The position numbers and the translations under genes are program-made. 64,000 nucleotides of DNA, from contig JAGMZX010000007.1 in the NCBI GenBank assembly GCA_018005585.1, forward strand, positions 8,559-72,558. The letters run 5' to 3'. Numbering within the stretch: position 1 is the first letter of the stretch; every line of letters begins with the position of its first letter. This stretch comes from Candidatus Hydrogenedentota bacterium. GTDB lineage: Bacteria; Hydrogenedentota; Hydrogenedentia; Hydrogenedentales; JAGMZX01. The notes below the pieces were generated by a model that saw only the letters and a list, made by a program, of their open reading frames with translations, did not search any database and was not told the origin of the DNA. Shown here piece by piece: positions 9,914 through 18,775 of this stretch.

Positions 9914-10978
9914 TCAGGCGAGCTCCGCGGCAGCCGGGCCGTAAAGCCTCTGGCGCAGCAGGAATGCGGCGTTTACCAGACTAATCAGCACGGGCACCTC
10001 GACCAATGGGCCGATGACTGCGGCAAAGGCCGCACCGGAGTTGATGCCGAAGACGGCCACGGCGACGGCGATGGCGAGTTCGAAGTTGTTGCTGGCGGCT
10101 GTGAACGAGAGGGTCGCGCTGATCGAGTACTTCGCACCGGCCTTGTACGAGAGGAGGAAGCTGGCGAAGAACATGATGACAAAGTAGATTAGCAGCGGAA
10201 GCGCGATGCGAAGCACGTCGAACGGAATTTCAACGATCAGGTTCCCCTTGAGGCTGAACATGACGACGATCGTGAAAAGCAGCGCGACGAGCGTGATGGG
10301 ACTGATTCTCGGGATGAACCGCTCGTGGTACCACGTCTTGCCCTTGGCCTTGACCAGTACAAGCCGGGTGAGCATGCCTGCCAAAAACGGGATGCCGAGG
10401 TAAATGAACACGCTCTCGCCAATCTGACCAATGCTGATATCCACGGCGTGACCACTCATTCCGAATAACGGAGGCAGCACGGTGATGAAAAACCACGCGT
10501 AAATGCTGTAGAAGAACACCTGGAAAATACTGTTGAACGCCACCAGACCCGCGCAGTACTCGGTGTCGCCTTTTGCAAGGTCGTTCCACACGATCACCAT
10601 GGCGATGCAGCGCGCGAGGCCGATCATGATCAGGCCCACCATGTATTCCGGCTTGTCGCGCAGGAACACAATCGCGAGGATAAACATGAGGGTCGGCCCA
10701 ATCACCCAGTTCTGAAACAGCGAGAGGCCCAGGACCTTCACGTCGCGGAAGACGTCGCCCAGTTCCTCGTAGCGGACTTTCGCGAGCGGCGGATACATCA
10801 TGAGAATCAGACCGGCTGCAATGGGGATGTTCGTCGTGCCCGCCTGGAAGCGATGAATGAATCCCTCGACGCCGGGCAGGAAATGGCCCAACCCTACGCC
10901 GAGGGCCATCCCCAGGAAGATCCAGAGGGTCAGGTAACGGTCCAAAAACGAAAGTCTCTTAGATACGCCGGATTCCAT
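9914..10978 (-). CDS. acr3: Arsenite efflux transporter, ACR3 family
   Basis: Full-length ACR3/ArsB-family similarity ([34 protein letters not shown]); 10 TM helices; last gene of the ars operon. Confidence 0.9.
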   Translation of the reverse strand: MESGVSKRLSFLDRYLTLWIFLGMALGVGLGHFLPGVEGFIHRFQAGTTNIPIAAGLILMMYPPLAKVRYEELGDVFRDVKVLGLSLFQNWVIGPTLMFILAIVFLRDKPEYMVGLIMIGLARCIAMVIVWNDLAKGDTEYCAGLVAFNSIFQVFFYSIYAWFFITVLPPLFGMSGHAVDISIGQIGESVFIYLGIPFLAGMLTRLVLVKAKGKTWYHERFIPRISPITLVALLFTIVVMFSLKGNLIVEIPFDVLRIALPLLIYFVIMFFASFLLSYKAGAKYSISATLSFTAASNNFELAIAVAVAVFGINSGAAFAAVIGPLVEVPVLISLVNAAFLLRQRLYGPAAAELA

Positions 10979-10991
10979 ATGCCGGTTGCCT

Positions 10992-11846
10992 CTACGCGTC
11001 TTGGCGCGGCTTGACGCCTGTGATTTCCAGGCTTGTTACGAAGTCCGCGGGACTGGCGTCCGGCGGCAGGTGCGCCAACACCTGGCGATACAACGGGTCG
11101 TTCAGATTCATCATGGCCTTGATGTAGTCTGGCTTGCGGGTCAGTCGCAGCTCCGCCAGTCCGGCCGCGCGTGCCATGCGCTCCGTCTCTTCTATGAGCA
11201 CCGCGCCCGCGATGCAGCCCACCAGTGCCTCGGCCATATCCGCGACAACCAGGGGCAACGGCCGCAACAGCGCGAGATCGGAGACGGCCGCCCTTCCCCC
11301 GGGTTTCAGTACGCGGACCATGTCCCGCCACACCTGCTCCTTGTCCGGCGATAGATTGATCACGCAATTCGAGATGATGACATCCACCGAGTTGTCCGCA
11401 ACCGGCAGATGCTCAATTTCGCCCAGGCGGAATTCGACGTTGTTCAGTCCTGTTCGGTCCCGGTATGCGGCAATGTTTCCGCGTGACCGGGCCAGCATCT
11501 CGGGAGTCATGTCCACGCCGATGACCCTGCCCGTCGCGCCGACTTTCCGGCCCGCGATAAACACGTCAAAGCCCGCACCACTGCCGAGGTCCAGCACAAC
11601 CTCGCCGGGTTTCAGCCCGGCCAGGGCCGTCGGATTGCCGCAGGACAGGCCCAGGTTTGCGCCGTCTGGGAGCGCGGCCAGTTCCGCCGCGGTATAACCA
11701 ACGCCTTCCGCGATGTCGCGCGCGGCGCCGCCGCCGCAACAGGATTTTTGCGGACCGCAACAGGATCCGCCTTCGCGCGCTATTGCGCCGTAACCTTCGC
11801 GTACCTGTTGCCGGACTCGTTCCGAATCCCTTTCAAGTTGTCCCAT
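10992..11846 (-). CDS. arsM: Arsenite S-adenosylmethionine methyltransferase
   Basis: SAM-binding [11 protein letters not shown]; the four conserved ArsM cysteines ([33 protein letters not shown]); 5 bp downstream of arsC. Confidence 0.85.
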   Translation of the reverse strand: MGQLERDSERVRQQVREGYGAIAREGGSCCGPQKSCCGGGAARDIAEGVGYTAAELAALPDGANLGLSCGNPTALAGLKPGEVVLDLGSGAGFDVFIAGRKVGATGRVIGVDMTPEMLARSRGNIAAYRDRTGLNNVEFRLGEIEHLPVADNSVDVIISNCVINLSPDKEQVWRDMVRVLKPGGRAAVSDLALLRPLPLVVADMAEALVGCIAGAVLIEETERMARAAGLAELRLTRKPDYIKAMMNLNDPLYRQVLAHLPPDASPADFVTSLEITGVKPRQDA

Positions 11847-11851
11847 GTGAC

Positions 11852-12322
11852 CTATCCTTTCTTCTTAAACTCATGTGGTGATTCCCGCAGCAGACTCTCA
11901 GGAAGCGACTCCACAAATTGCCGAATCTGGTCACGTACGCGTCGATAATGGCTCAGTGCTTCTTCCTCAGTCTTGGCCTCGCGTGCGAGGCGTGGCGGGT
12001 CGTCGAAACCCACATGCACGACTTTGGCGCGTCCCGGGAAGATTGGGCACGACTCATGAGCGTGTGCGCAAACGGTAACAACGTAGTCGAATTCGATGTC
12101 CGTCAATTCGTCCACACGCTTGGACCGCTGGCCTGAAATGTCTACGCCGGCCTCAGACATAGCCTTGACGGCGTTTGGATTCAGGCCGTGTGTCTCGATA
12201 CCCGCCGAATACGCTTCAATCGCCTCGTCCTTCAGATGCCGCGCCCAGCCCTCGGCCATCTGGCTGCGGCATGAGTTGCCCGTGCAGAGGAAAAGGACCT
12301 TTAGTTTGCCGGGGCCGCTCAT
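11852..12322 (-). CDS. arsC: Arsenate reductase, LMW-PTP family (thioredoxin-coupled type)
   Basis: CX5R P-loop LFLCTGNSCRSQMAEG plus downstream Cys pair (TVCAHAHESCP); start at MSGPGKLKV (ATG 12320-12322, minus strand), a 4-bp ATGA overlap with the upstream gene. Confidence 0.85.
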   Translation of the reverse strand: MSGPGKLKVLFLCTGNSCRSQMAEGWARHLKDEAIEAYSAGIETHGLNPNAVKAMSEAGVDISGQRSKRVDELTDIEFDYVVTVCAHAHESCPIFPGRAKVVHVGFDDPPRLAREAKTEEEALSHYRRVRDQIRQFVESLPESLLRESPHEFKKKG

Positions 12323-12786
12323 TCGGCATCTCCGTTTGTTGTTACATTCGCCAAGAAAGCGCCCACCTCCTCTTCGACGTAGCTCGCGAACGATGGCGGT
12401 TCTTGAATCAGATCCCAAGTTCTTTCGAGCACCTTCCATTTGACAATTCGAGCGCCTACCACGTGCGCCAGCACCAGACCGGGATGGGAAAGCGCGAATT
12501 CCTTAAAGAAATGGGCGTTTTCCGGCTGTTCATAGTCCAGCGCCTGCCACTGAAGGCGCCCCGCGTCCATGTGTTCAGAAAACGTTGCCTTAACTATCTC
12601 GCTTGCTTCCCGCTCGATGGACAAGCACGTCTCGCAGCGGACCGTGCCGTGCAGGTAATACACGATGATTCGCTGCACGGGTTCGGATGGTGCAATAGGC
12701 CCTGAGCCGCAACCAGCGGCCACAAATACAATCGAAAAGACTACTGCGCTTTGAATTAACACATTGGAGGCGGTTCTATATGCCAT
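12319..12786 (-). CDS. Thioredoxin-fold lipoprotein with CxxC motif (unknown family)
   Basis: Signal peptide with lipobox (VFVAAGC); beta-strand then CETC (IIVYYLHGTVRCETC), characteristic of a Trx-fold redox site; 4-bp stop/start overlap with arsC. Confidence 0.5.
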   Translation of the reverse strand: MAYRTASNVLIQSAVVFSIVFVAAGCGSGPIAPSEPVQRIIVYYLHGTVRCETCLSIEREASEIVKATFSEHMDAGRLQWQALDYEQPENAHFFKEFALSHPGLVLAHVVGARIVKWKVLERTWDLIQEPPSFASYVEEEVGAFLANVTTNGDAE

Positions 12787-12810
12787 CGCTGAACCTTTCC
12801 GCGGATGATG

Positions 12811-13512
12811 TCACCTGGCAATTCTTGCTGCCGCTTCCGCGACACGTACACCGAGTTTACGCGCGGATTCGATGCCAAGCTCGTCCTTCATGATGTCGTC
12901 CTCAAAACCATTCCAGAGGGTAGCGCCCTGATGTGCGCGGGGCTTTCCGCCGACTATCATCACTTCATGGCAGAGCATCGCAGCCTGTATCTGTTCGATC
13001 ACCAGTTCCTGACCGCCGTTCCGGTACGCGCCAACGGATAGCACGCCGACGGGCACGTTTGCCAAGAGGAGTGTGGGTTCACGCAGTATGGCAAGACGTT
13101 CAAGAAAGGCTTTACAGAGGGAACTCATGGTGCGAAAATACGTCGGCGAGCCGATGATCAATCCGAAGAGGTTGGGGGCTCGCAACACCGGCAAGAGCGA
13201 TTCGAAATCGTCTTCGACGCCGGTACCGCCGGAGGAACTGCTGCCATCTGAGCCGCCAATCGTGAGTTCTCCCAAATCGAGCAGCGCCGTTTCAATGCGC
13301 GAATTGGCGGCGCTGGCCGCGTCGAGCGACTCTTTCACAGCCGTTGCAGTGGTCATTCCCTTGCGGGGGCTGCACGATACGCCCACCACAAGAAGCTTCT
13401 GCGTGGAATCGGCATTGGCCTCGCCGGCCATTGCGCCTTGTTCAAGCAATCCCGACGCCGCCGTAACGCCGGCGGCCCGCAACATGGTACGGCGCGTGAA
13501 ATACTCTTGCAT
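12811..13512 (-). CDS. Flavodoxin-like NAD(P)H-dependent FMN reductase-family protein with twin-arginine (Tat) signal peptide
   Basis: N-terminus MQEYFTRRTMLRAAGVTAASGLL (RR + hydrophobic h-region + AxA-like site); mature part has the flavodoxin-like KLLVVGVSCSPRKGMTT phosphate-binding loop. Confidence 0.55.
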   Translation of the reverse strand: MQEYFTRRTMLRAAGVTAASGLLEQGAMAGEANADSTQKLLVVGVSCSPRKGMTTATAVKESLDAASAANSRIETALLDLGELTIGGSDGSSSSGGTGVEDDFESLLPVLRAPNLFGLIIGSPTYFRTMSSLCKAFLERLAILREPTLLLANVPVGVLSVGAYRNGGQELVIEQIQAAMLCHEVMIVGGKPRAHQGATLWNGFEDDIMKDELGIESARKLGVRVAEAAARIAR

Positions 13513-13577
13513 GACTTGTCTCCTATCGTTCCGTATCGCGGCCTGTTCCCGTCAATTACGTATTTCGCGATGGCACA

Positions 13578-14285
13578 TCATGCCGTGTAGACCATCCAAA
13601 GACCGCCCAGCAGGACCAGCGCACCGCATGCCTTCTTCACGACGCTGGTTCCCCGCGAGTCCTCATTCCAGTTCATGAATCGCTGCACCAACTCGGTCGA
13701 CGTGCCTGCCACGACAATGACTGAACAGTGGCCGATGCCGTACGCCAGGAGCAGCAGCACGCCATAGCCGAGATTGGTTGCGGCAAGTTTGAAAGTGACA
13801 CCAAGCATCGGCGCGATATAGGCGAAAGTACACGGACCGAGCGCCACGCCGAATACCAAGCCTAGAATCAGCGCGGCGAGCGCGCCCTTGCGCTTCATGC
13901 CCACTTGGCCGGGGCCGGTCCAAGGTATCGGAATTACGTCGAGGAGGTGCAAACCGACAACGAAGAAAATCACCGCCACAAAGTAATTGCCATAGCGCCC
14001 CACGTCGCCCATCATGCGTCCCGCTGCCGCGGTGATTACGCCAATAAGGGCGATGGTAAGCAGGATGCCGAATGCAAATAGAAACGAGATGAAGAACGCG
14101 CGGCGCGTGCTGATGCGGCCCTGCTCATCGATAAAGCCGACAATTAGTGGAATACTGGCCAGGTGGCACGGGCTAAGCACGATACTCAGAACGCCCCACA
14201 GAAACGAGGCCAGAAACGCGATGGCAGTGCTGCCCTCGACCGCATGCGTCAGAGTGGTGAAGAGCGTGTTCATGATTTGGTGCAT
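13578..14285 (-). CDS. ccdA: Cytochrome c-type biogenesis / thiol-disulfide transporter CcdA (DsbD transmembrane-domain family)
   Basis: Six TM helices with the two conserved membrane cysteines (LSPCHL and ALGPCTFAYIAPMLG). Confidence 0.85.
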   Translation of the reverse strand: MHQIMNTLFTTLTHAVEGSTAIAFLASFLWGVLSIVLSPCHLASIPLIVGFIDEQGRISTRRAFFISFLFAFGILLTIALIGVITAAAGRMMGDVGRYGNYFVAVIFFVVGLHLLDVIPIPWTGPGQVGMKRKGALAALILGLVFGVALGPCTFAYIAPMLGVTFKLAATNLGYGVLLLLAYGIGHCSVIVVAGTSTELVQRFMNWNEDSRGTSVVKKACGALVLLGGLWMVYTA

Positions 14286-14327
14286 GCGCCGGAGCGATTG
14301 CGATTACGAACACGAGCATGGCACATG

Positions 14328-14843
14328 TCAATCAGCCTTCCGTGAGATGTCGATGCCGAGTTCTTTCCACTTTGCGAGAATCTCCTCTTTCGAGAAGAAA
14401 CCCTGATGCCGAAAGAGTTCCTTGCCGTTCGAATCGAGGAATATCTGCGTCGGAATCAGTTGGATATTGAAAGGCTCGGCGGCTTCCGGCCTCTTCCACA
14501 CGTCGATAAACTCGACCGCGAAAACGCCCGCGTAGTCTCTCTTCAGTTCTTCGAGTATAGGCGCCATCGCCTTGCAGGGAATGCATTTGTCCGCGCCGAG
14601 GTCGACCAGGCGGGGTAGCGCGGACGCCGCTTCTGGGCGCTCGCTGACCGCGGTCTGCGACGCCGGGTCGGACAGCGCTTTCAGGGTGGTCCCGGCGGTC
14701 ACCTGAATCGTATCGTCCTTCGCGGGCTGCCTCTTGGCATATACCGCAGCGCCCACAGCGACCGCAAGTACCAGGACGATCCCAACTTTCATCGCAGGAC
14801 CGCTCCCGGACGAATTCGATGCGTCTGTCTCCTTGCCTGACAT
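14328..14843 (-). CDS. Membrane-anchored thioredoxin (periplasm-facing, CIPC active site)
   Basis: N-terminal anchor MKVGIVLVLAVAVGAAVYA then Trx domain with DKCIPCKAMAP; start at MSGKETD (ATG 14841-14843, minus strand); located directly upstream of ccdA on the same strand. Confidence 0.8.
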   Translation of the reverse strand: MSGKETDASNSSGSGPAMKVGIVLVLAVAVGAAVYAKRQPAKDDTIQVTAGTTLKALSDPASQTAVSERPEAASALPRLVDLGADKCIPCKAMAPILEELKRDYAGVFAVEFIDVWKRPEAAEPFNIQLIPTQIFLDSNGKELFRHQGFFSKEEILAKWKELGIDISRKAD

Positions 14844-14880
14844 GATATGTCTCCTAGACCGGCCACGAAATGATTGAAGT

Positions 14881-15294
14881 TCAAGATGCTGTATTTGGGG
14901 TCCTGGCCGCGCAGTGTTTTGCGAGAATCTCGGCGGCCGCGGCCGCCACCGTGCCGATGTGGTCTTCATCCACGGCCGTCTTGCCTTTTTCCATGCCGAG
15001 GTCCGCCAGTTGCACATAGGCGAAGTTCGAAAATCCCGCTTGCTCGAGACAGTGCTTGACACAAGCGGTTGGGCATCCGTCCAAGGCCAGGATGGCGGAC
15101 GCAGCTTCCGTACTCTTCATAATGCCGCTTATGCGACCGCCGATACCGGCCAAGCAAAACATTTTTGCCAGGCCGTCACGCGTGAGCTTGCGCGCTGCTT
15201 GATCGGTCACCGCGCCTACGTCCGCCGCGCCCGAGCACGAAAAAACGAGCTTGGGCGCCGCACTGCACGCACACGTTCTTTCCATAGACATCAT
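14881..15294 (-). CDS. DGC-domain putative zinc-binding protein
   Basis: Central ILALDGCPTACVKHC motif (DGC domain) plus N-terminal CACS cysteines; several in-frame ATGs (15285-15294), exact start uncertain. Confidence 0.6.
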   Translation of the reverse strand: MMSMERTCACSAAPKLVFSCSGAADVGAVTDQAARKLTRDGLAKMFCLAGIGGRISGIMKSTEAASAILALDGCPTACVKHCLEQAGFSNFAYVQLADLGMEKGKTAVDEDHIGTVAAAAAEILAKHCAARTPNTAS

Positions 15295-15322
15295 ATTCCT
15301 TTCTTGTGAGGTCCCGTACGGC

Positions 15323-15556
15323 TCAGCCCAACATCCTCTTGACTTCCTCGACAGATGGTACCTTCCCCACGACCTTGACCTCGCCGTCGACGACAAGCGC
15401 AGGCGTGCTCATGACGCCGAATTCGAGTATCTTGTCTATTGCAGCCACCTTCTCGATTTCGTACTCGATGTTCAGCGCCTGCGCCGCCTGTTCCGCCGTC
15501 TTGGCAAGCAGTTGGCACTTCGGGCAGCCGGGGCCCAGTACTTGCAGCTTTTTCAT
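15323..15556 (-). CDS. Small thioredoxin-like protein (redox-active disulfide protein 2 / Thioredoxin_3 type)
   Basis: 77 aa with GPGCPKCQ active site; MKKLQVLGPGCPKCQLL is typical of the small Trx that pairs with ArsP-type permeases. Confidence 0.8.
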   Translation of the reverse strand: MKKLQVLGPGCPKCQLLAKTAEQAAQALNIEYEIEKVAAIDKILEFGVMSTPALVVDGEVKVVGKVPSVEEVKRMLG

Positions 15557-15600
15557 GTTGTCCTCCTTCTTGTTCCATCCTGGTGTGCGGCGACGCGCAC

Positions 15601-16914
15601 TCAGGCTATTGCTCCATAGATCATTCCGGTAGCCGTTGCCATGACCACGGTGATCACGACAAAGGTCAGTGTCTTTTTCGTGCCGAGCACCTGCCGGATG
15701 ACGAGTATGCTCGGCAGACTCAGCGCCGGGCCCGCGAGCAGCAGCGCCAGCATCGGGCCCTGGTGCATGCCGAGTTTGCCCAGCGCTTCGCAGATGGGAA
15801 CCTCGGTCAACGTGGCGAAGTACCAGAACGCGCCCACCACGCTGGCCACGAGGTTGGACGAGAGCGAGTTGTCGCCCACGAGCCCCGCCACGTAGCGCTC
15901 AGGCAGCAGCGCGCCGACAAAGCCGACGACGAACACGCCGCCGAACAGCAGCGGCACCAGCATTTTCGCGAAGTCCCAGGTGTTGTGCATCCACTGCAGG
16001 GTTTCTTCGCGGCTGGACCACCGCCACGTCATCAGCGCGACGAGCGCGCCCATTAGACCGGCCAGATACCACCGCACATGGTAGATGGTGAGCACCCAGG
16101 ATTGGACCTCTTCGATCCCGGCGATGTCCGTCTTGGCGAGCGTTACCTTCGCGCCGCTGGCCTGCCCGTTCCAGTCTTCTTCCAACTGGAACATGACTTC
16201 GTCTTTCATTTCCTGGAGTTGCACCGCGGCGAAGCGGCCGCCGTCGCTTGTGCTCACGACCACATTGTTGGGGTTGAACCAGTCGCTGAACACCAGGAAC
16301 GCCAGCATGCACGCGAACAGGGCCGCGGTCTTCCACATGGGTCGCGCCGGACCCGTCACAGCGGGGGTCTGCACGAAGCGCTGGGCGCGTTCGCCCTCGC
16401 CGCGGCGGAAGATGCCTGCCATGAGCAGGCCCACGAGAACGGCGAACACCACCGCCCCAATCGCGCGCGCGACGCCCAAGTTAACGCCAAGCACGCGCGC
16501 CGTAAGGAAGATGGCGAGGACATTAATCGCGGGGCCGGAATACAGGAACGCCGTGGCCGGGCCAAGCCCCGCGCCGATGCGGTAGATGCCCGCGAACATG
16601 GGGAGGACGCTGCACGAACATACGGCCAGCACCGTGCCCGATACGGAAGCCACGCCGTACGCCGCGACCTTGTTCGAGTTCGGGCCCATGTAGCGCAACA
16701 CTGTCTCCTGCGACAGAAACGTGATGATGCCGCCCGCGATGAAGAGCGCGGGAATCACGCAGGCGAGCGTGTGGTTGCGGGCGTACCACTGCAGCAGCTT
16801 GAACGCCTCCAGGATGGCTTCGCGGATTTTCGGGTCGGACAATGGCAAGGAGTAAGCGACGATGAACACGCCTGCCATGGCGGCGAAAATCTTCAGTTCT
16901 TTTCGGTTTTCCAT
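15601..16914 (-). CDS. arsP: ArsP-like permease (putative organoarsenical efflux permease, DUF318 family) with an internal soluble insertion
   Basis: Conserved AVCSCSVLP motif (ArsP TPFcSCSxxP-like) in a TM helix; 8-10 TM helices; an inserted hydrophilic segment of roughly 90 aa mid-protein is not typical of ArsP. Confidence 0.7.
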   Translation of the reverse strand: MENRKELKIFAAMAGVFIVAYSLPLSDPKIREAILEAFKLLQWYARNHTLACVIPALFIAGGIITFLSQETVLRYMGPNSNKVAAYGVASVSGTVLAVCSCSVLPMFAGIYRIGAGLGPATAFLYSGPAINVLAIFLTARVLGVNLGVARAIGAVVFAVLVGLLMAGIFRRGEGERAQRFVQTPAVTGPARPMWKTAALFACMLAFLVFSDWFNPNNVVVSTSDGGRFAAVQLQEMKDEVMFQLEEDWNGQASGAKVTLAKTDIAGIEEVQSWVLTIYHVRWYLAGLMGALVALMTWRWSSREETLQWMHNTWDFAKMLVPLLFGGVFVVGFVGALLPERYVAGLVGDNSLSSNLVASVVGAFWYFATLTEVPICEALGKLGMHQGPMLALLLAGPALSLPSILVIRQVLGTKKTLTFVVITVVMATATGMIYGAIA

Positions 16915-17011
16915 GCGATGTACTCCCAGCTACAGGCCGGCGGGACGCCGTATCCGCAGGCCGTTAACCGCTATTTGGCAAAATATGCAATAGTGGAGTA
17001 AGAAAATACGC

Positions 17012-17335
17012 TTACTCCTCGACCGCGGCCAACTGCGCCTCCACGTTGCATTTCAACACGCTTTCAACGCACGGGAACAGATTCAACACGCACGGGACCT
17101 TCAGGTGGTAGAATACCTGGAGGCCGCGTTTTTCGTCTTCCACCACGCCGGCGGATTTCAACACGGACAAGTGCCGCGAGACCGTCGACATGTCCAGTTC
17201 CAGCAGGTCCGTTAGCTCGCAGACGCAACGCTCGCCTTTGCCCAGTTCCTCGACCATGCAGAGGCGTGCAGGATGGCCGAGGGCCTTGAAGACTCGGGCC
17301 CTGGCCTGACAACGCGTGAACGTTTTTGTTTTCAT
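17012..17335 (-). CDS. arsR: ArsR/SmtB-family metalloregulator
   Basis: Winged-HTH with metal site ELGKGERCVCELTDLL (CVC) and HTH region DMSTVSRHLSVLKSAG; start at MKTKTFT (ATG 17333-17335, minus strand); first gene of the ars locus. Confidence 0.85.
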   Translation of the reverse strand: MKTKTFTRCQARARVFKALGHPARLCMVEELGKGERCVCELTDLLELDMSTVSRHLSVLKSAGVVEDEKRGLQVFYHLKVPCVLNLFPCVESVLKCNVEAQLAAVEE

Positions 17336-17375
17336 GGGCGCGAAACCTTTACTAATTGGCAGTTTAACAAAATAA

Positions 17376-17394
17376 CGCGCAAAAATCAAGCGCG
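17376..17394. promoter_or_regulatory. Candidate ArsR operator (short GC palindrome in an AT-rich divergent intergenic region)
   Basis: CGCGC-N9-GCGCG (acgcgcaaaaatcaagcgcgc) 40-60 bp upstream of arsR, within ttaacaaaataacgcgcaaaaatcaagcgcgcatg. Confidence 0.2.
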
Positions 17395-17583
17395 CATGTG
17401 CCGGAAAGGGAAGCGGTCACCGTGCCCGCCGCCGTCCAAGTGCCCGCGTTCGCCCGCGCCGCCTCAGCGACACCGCCTCAGTGATATGTTTGCTCCCATT
17501 GCGCTGCACGGCTATGATAGCGCGCCACGCGGGTTAAGACGTAAGGAAGGGCGCAAAAACGAGCGAGAACGAGAGGGAAAGCC

Positions 17584-18714
17584 GTGATGAAAGCGATGCA
17601 CTCGCCCATACGTGACGTTGTTTGTTGCAGTATACTACTCTGCCTGGCTCTTCCGGGCGGCGCAGAGGAGGAACGCGCGGTGAAGCCAGTTCCGGTCCGG
17701 TTTTCGGTGGAGGCATTCGAGGCGCGCGTTCGCGAAGCGGGCGGACGGGCGGATTTCGTGTTCGAGGATGACCGCCCCTTCGCGCAGTGCCATGCGTCGA
17801 CGGTCGTACAGGCGCCCAACGGGGATTTGCTGTGCGCGTGGTTTGGCGGCACGGAAGAAAGCGATCCGGACGTGGTCATCTGGCGCGCGCGCTTTTCTCA
17901 AGGCGCATGGTCGAAGCCGGAACGCGCGGCGAAGGTGAATGAGACGGCGCACTGGAACCCCGTCCTGTTCCGGGACCAGGAAGGCGTGGTCTACCTGTTT
18001 TTCAAGGTCGGGCCGGATACGGACTACTGGCAGACCTATTGGATGCGCTCGGAAGACAGCGGGGCGACGTGGTCGGCCCCGGTGGAACTGGTCGCCGGCG
18101 ATAAGGGCGGCCGCGGGCCGGTGAAGAACAAGCCGGTCATCCTGTCCGATGGCGCTTGGCTGGCGCCGGCCTCGATTGAATACGAAGGCTGGCAGCCATT
18201 TGCGGACCGTTCCGCGGACCGCGGCGTCACCTGGGAGCGGAGCGCCAGTTTCGTGATAGACAAAACGGAGAAATTGCTGCGCGGGCCGGGAGCGATCCAG
18301 CCAACGTTCTGGGAGTCGCCCCCGGGCAAGGTGCATGCTTTGCTGCGCAGCGGCTGGGGACGAATATGGCGCGCGGATTCGGAAGACCACGGGAAGACAT
18401 GGTCCCCGGTGCGGGCGACGGAACTGCCGAACAACAACAGCGGCCTGGATGTCCTGCTGATTGAGGATGGCCGACTGCTGCTGGTCTACAACCCCGTGGG
18501 CATGAACTGGGGTCCGCGGACACCACTGACGCTGGCGGTGTCGACGAATAACGGGGACGCGTTCGAGAACGTGGCCCATCTCGAAGACGACCCGGACTTG
18601 GACACCGAGTATTCCTACCCGGCGATTGTCCGGACGGATAAGGGAGTGGCTATTTCGTATACGTGGAACCGGCGACGGGTCCGGGCGTGGCAGATTCCGC
18701 TTGAGGCGCTGTGA
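17584..18714 (+). CDS. BNR/Asp-box repeat glycoside hydrolase, sialidase-like (secreted)
   Basis: N-terminal signal peptide; repeated S-x-D-x-G-x-T-W Asp-box motifs (SEDSGATWS, SADRGVTWE, SEDHGKTWS); beta-propeller-like repeat organisation. Confidence 0.7.
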   Translation: MMKAMHSPIRDVVCCSILLCLALPGGAEEERAVKPVPVRFSVEAFEARVREAGGRADFVFEDDRPFAQCHASTVVQAPNGDLLCAWFGGTEESDPDVVIWRARFSQGAWSKPERAAKVNETAHWNPVLFRDQEGVVYLFFKVGPDTDYWQTYWMRSEDSGATWSAPVELVAGDKGGRGPVKNKPVILSDGAWLAPASIEYEGWQPFADRSADRGVTWERSASFVIDKTEKLLRGPGAIQPTFWESPPGKVHALLRSGWGRIWRADSEDHGKTWSPVRATELPNNNSGLDVLLIEDGRLLLVYNPVGMNWGPRTPLTLAVSTNNGDAFENVAHLEDDPDLDTEYSYPAIVRTDKGVAISYTWNRRRVRAWQIPLEAL

Positions 18715-18775
18715 CCGGGACCGGTAACGATTGGGTTATGGGGTGACGGGCGCGCGCGCGGAATCAGCCGTGACC

